A stretch of DNA of 64,000 bases, from contig CM069134.1 in NCBI GenBank assembly GCA_035221665.1, positions 83,762,001 through 83,826,000 on the forward strand, read 5' to 3'. The translations under genes and the position numbers were made by a program. Under the pieces are notes generated by a model. The model made no database searches. It worked only from the letters and a program-made list of their open reading frames with translations, and was not told the DNA's origin. Positions 60,351 to 64,000 of the stretch are shown here, piece by piece; the stretch's first letter is position 1; the number at the start of each line of letters is the position of its first letter. The stretch is from Okamejei kenojei. Lineage: Eukaryota.

Positions 60351-62221
60351 AATAGATGGGGTGGGGGGGGGGGGGTAGATGGGGAAGGGAGCACAGGGGA
60401 TGTCAGTGAGGACTGAATAGAGGCGGATATGGGGATCAGTGTGGGATTGAGAGGTGGGGTCCCAGGATAAGGGGGGGTGGAGGGGGGCTTACAAGAAAGA
60501 GAGAGGGGGAGAGACGGGAAGGCGCAGATGAGGTGGAGAGGGAGGAAGGTCAGCGCTCCTCGGACAACACCGGCATCATCGCCCCGCTGCCTTGGCCGTC
60601 CCTGTCCACCGCCAAGTGCTGCTGCCAAAGGGGGGGGCAGTTGGGATCTCCTCGCCACCGCCTCCCCTCGTCCGCCAGCCAACAGGAAGGTGCGGGGCCG
60701 AGCGGTGCAGGTGATTCAGACGGCAGAAGGGGGCCTCCCCCTCCCTCCCTCCCGGCCTCGGCGTACGGGAGGGTTTGTTTTGAAACAGTTTAACGCTGTT
60801 GGCGGCAAAGATCCTATAGTGAGCTCGGGATCTTTGCTGGCAAGCAGCGGCCGCTATCAGGGCGGGCGGGGGTGCGGGTGGTGGAGGAGATGGAGCCGCT
60901 GTCGCTTTTGCTGTGCGGGGCCCGTCATTCGCTCCGACCCTCCGTCACCCCGCACCTAGTATCTTTGCCCCCCACTACAGCCGCTGCCGACACGAAACGT
61001 CACGTTCCTTTTCTCCAGAGATGCTGCCTGACCCACTGAGTTACTCCAGTTTTTTGTATCTATCTTTGGTATAAACCAGTATCTGCAGTGCCAAGCCGGG
61101 CAAAATGACTCGGCATTTAGGTTGCCCGGCGGCACTTTGGGTGGCCATTGGCACCCGGGCAACCGCTAATTTCGACCCCTGAGTACCCAGTTCCTGCTTT
61201 TTCCTCATATCCCTTGATTTCTTTAGGCCCAAGAGCTAAATGGGTCAAGAGACTTTATTTCTAATTTAGTTCTAGTTTCCCAGTATGTGAATTGCAGCAC
61301 CATCTCTAGAATAAAATGTACCCAGGAATCTTTGCAAAGCTGCAGCATTGCAAATTCAGGTCGGGCAATACAACGATGTTATTGATTGACTGGCAATAAT
61401 CCTGGAGAAGAATTGGGCATGAAGCTATGGGAAAATAGTTTAATGTCTGGCTCAGTAACATCAAATATCCCTCATCTTCTTCGCAAAATATGTGTAAACC
61501 TACCTAATAAACTTCCAACATTCTTCAATACCTCTACTCATGGATCAGTGCTGTTGCATCTGTGCTGAAGGGAAAACGGAGAGCCGTTGAATAAGAAGAA
61601 TCTGCAGGGGGAGTGTAAAATGAGAAGAAGCCTCTGTTCACGCAAGGCTAAGAAAGCTAAACATTCAACCTATTTTGATGTGAGGAGTGGCATGCAAAAA
61701 TCCAAGAGGGTTGAGGTGCTGGAGTAACTTAGTCGGTCACTCAGCATCTCCGGAGAAAATGGAGTGACGTTTCAGGTCGGGAACCTGCTTCAGATGGTTA
61801 CCATTCGGTGAAACTATGACTGAGGTATAAAATATGGAGCTGTCGTGAGAAGCATCACAGGAAACCTGTGAATTTATGAGAAAGATAGGCAGCGAATGGA
61901 CGTGTAGCCATATGTCGTTCTATTCTGAGCTCACTAATGCAATCATTGACACAAATAGCATTCATGACTAAAACTTTTGTTGTACTTGAGAAATAAACAT
62001 TTTCCACTGTTTTATTCATTCTGGACACAATGATGGTTCTCAGCTCTTTTCAGTGCTAACATTTACTGCTTGGCTGTGAAAAAGTTGACCTTGTTTTTAT
62101 TTCTATCCTTGTTCTTGTCTCACAGGGAGTTGGAAGAGTACCCATGTGATCAACTTTGGGAGGCCAAAATTGTGGGAAATCATTTTAAAAACAAACAACA
62201 GCTTGAGTAGAATAATGTGAC

Positions 62222-63637
62222 TAGGCAGTGACTAGTGGGGTACCGCAAGGCTCAGTGCTGGGACCCCAGCTATTTACAATATATATTAATGATCTGGATG
62301 AGGGAATTGAAGGCAATATCTCCAGGTTTGCGGGTGACATTAAGCTGGGGGGCAGTGTTAGCTGTGAGGAGCATGCTAGGAGTGAGTGGGCAAATGTTTG
62401 GCAGATGCAGTATAATGTGGATAAGTGTGAGGTTATCCACTTTGGTGGCAAAAACAGGAAAGCAGACTATTATCTAAATGGTGGCCGATTGGGAAAAGGG
62501 GAGATGCAGCGAGACCTGGGTGTCATGGTACACCAGTTATTGAAAGTAGGCGTGCAGGTGCAGCAGGCAATGAAGAAAGCGAATGGTATAGAAACATAGA
62601 AATTAGCTGCAGGAGCAGGCCATTCGGCCCTTCGAGCCTGCACCGCCATTCAATATGATCATGGCTGATCATCCAACTCAGTATCCTGTACCTGCCTTCT
62701 CTCCATACCCCCTGATCCCTTCAGCCACAAGGGCCACATCCAACTCCCTCTTAAATATGGCCAACGAACTGGCCTCAACTACCTTCTGTGGCAGAGAATT
62801 CCACAGATTCACCACTCTCTGTGTGAAAAACGATTTTCTCATCTCGGTCCTAAAAGACTTCCCCCTTATCCTTAAATTGTGACCCCTTGTCGTGGACTTC
62901 CCCAACATCGGGAACAATCTTACTGCATCTAGCCTGTCCAACCACTTAAGAATTTTGTAAGTCTCTATGAGATCACCCCTCAATCTTCTATGTTAGCTTT
63001 CATAGCAAAAGGATTTGACTATAGGAACAGGGAGGTTCTACTTCAGTTGTATAGGGTCTTGGTGAGGCCACACCTGGAGTATTGCGTACAGTTCTGGTCT
63101 CCAAATCTGAGGAAGGACATTATTGCCATAGAGGGAGTGCAGAGAAGGTTCACCAAACTGATTCCTGGGATGTCAGGACTGTCTTATGAAGAAAGACTGG
63201 ATAGACTCGGTCTATATCCTCTAGAATATAGGAGATTGAGAGGGGATCTTATAGAAACTTACAAAATTCTTAAGGGGTTGGACAGGCTAGATGCAGGAAG
63301 ACTGTTCCCGATGTTGGGAAGTCCAGGACAAGGGGTCACAGCTTAAGGATAAGGGGGAAATCCTTTAAGACCGAGATGAGGAAGACTTTTTTCACACAGA
63401 GTGGTGAATCTCTGGAACTCTCTGCCACAGAGGGTAGTTGAGGCCAGTTCATTGGCTATAGTTAAGAGGGAGTTAGATGTGGCCCTTGTGGCTAAGGGGA
63501 TCAGGAGGTATGGAGAGAAGGCAGGTACGGGATACTGAGTTGGATGATCAGCCATGATCATATTGAATGGCGGTGCAGGCTCGAAGGGCAGAATGGCCTA
63601 CTCCTGCACCTAATTTCTATGTTTCTATGTTTCTATG
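62222..63637 (+). mobile_element. CR1 LINE 3' half
   Basis: SGVPQGSVLGP and [15 protein letters not shown], 3' UTR and (TTTCTATG)3 tail; split at 62587-62988. Confidence 0.95.
62587..62988 (-). mobile_element. CR1 3' fragment inserted antisense into the same CR1 family
   Basis: Minus ORF 62678-62983 [18 protein letters not shown] with its tail at 62587. The host sequence aatggt-atgttagc is rejoined when the insert is removed. Confidence 0.92.
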
Positions 63638-64000
63638 TAGGAGTGATGCATATTTAAATAGAAAACATCCAGCACATCCAGTTTAACACTGATCTAATGT
63701 AGGTGAAGGTGGAAAGACCCAAATATTGAAGTTTGGTTAAAATTAAAACATCTTTAAAATAAGGATAATCTAACTGTTCTGAAAAGGGTTGTAAAATACA
63801 GCAGAAAATGTGAGATTAGAGCTGGTAGGGGCATGATACCGAAATGTACTGAAGCATCTTTTGTAGTTGGGAGAAGGTAGGTTTGTCCACTGCCTCTTGT
63901 CTGCAAATAAATAATGTTTTTCATATGAATAGTTTACTGCAAAATGTAATATTCAACTTAATTGAAATGATTCTATCACCTGACTTTATTAGTTGCTGTT

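Noticed and set aside
60477-60959. 160-aa GC-rich ORF or third host promoter
   Set aside because: No protein motif, and it lies inside a block that interrupts a CR1 tail, so a repeat origin is more likely.

Overview
Eukaryotic, repeat-dense vertebrate DNA, most likely a cartilaginous fish (skate or ray). The lineage call is an inference from HE1/V-SINE-like SINEs, CR1 LINEs with (TTTCTATG)n tails and abundant Penelope-derived repeats. The only host protein-coding sequence is the start-codon exon of SNRK on the minus strand (exon 6860-7570, CDS 6860-7448). Its probable CpG-island promoter and first exon lie at about 18.6-19.3 kb. A second CpG-rich promoter with a plus-strand splice donor at about 39.1-39.3 kb probably starts a divergent gene whose coding part is outside the window. 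Most other recognisable sequence is decayed mobile elements: Penelope-like elements, CR1, Rex1/Babar, a HERO fragment, an IR/DR Tc1, hAT, Harbinger and Tc1-type MITEs, a Gypsy-like LTR, and a structurally complete but frameshifted DIRS1-type retrotransposon (42339-47143). The most interesting observations are: a circRNA-prone arrangement of the SNRK exon with a junction-spanning ORF and two overlapping uORFs; a strand-specific hairpin in the SNRK intron; many minimal hammerhead-ribozyme cores in Penelope tails; the fully readable DIRS circle junction and integration core; and a pseudoknotted HERO 3' UTR. I found no demonstrably new protein system. Everything was read by eye, so boundaries of old repeats are approximate.
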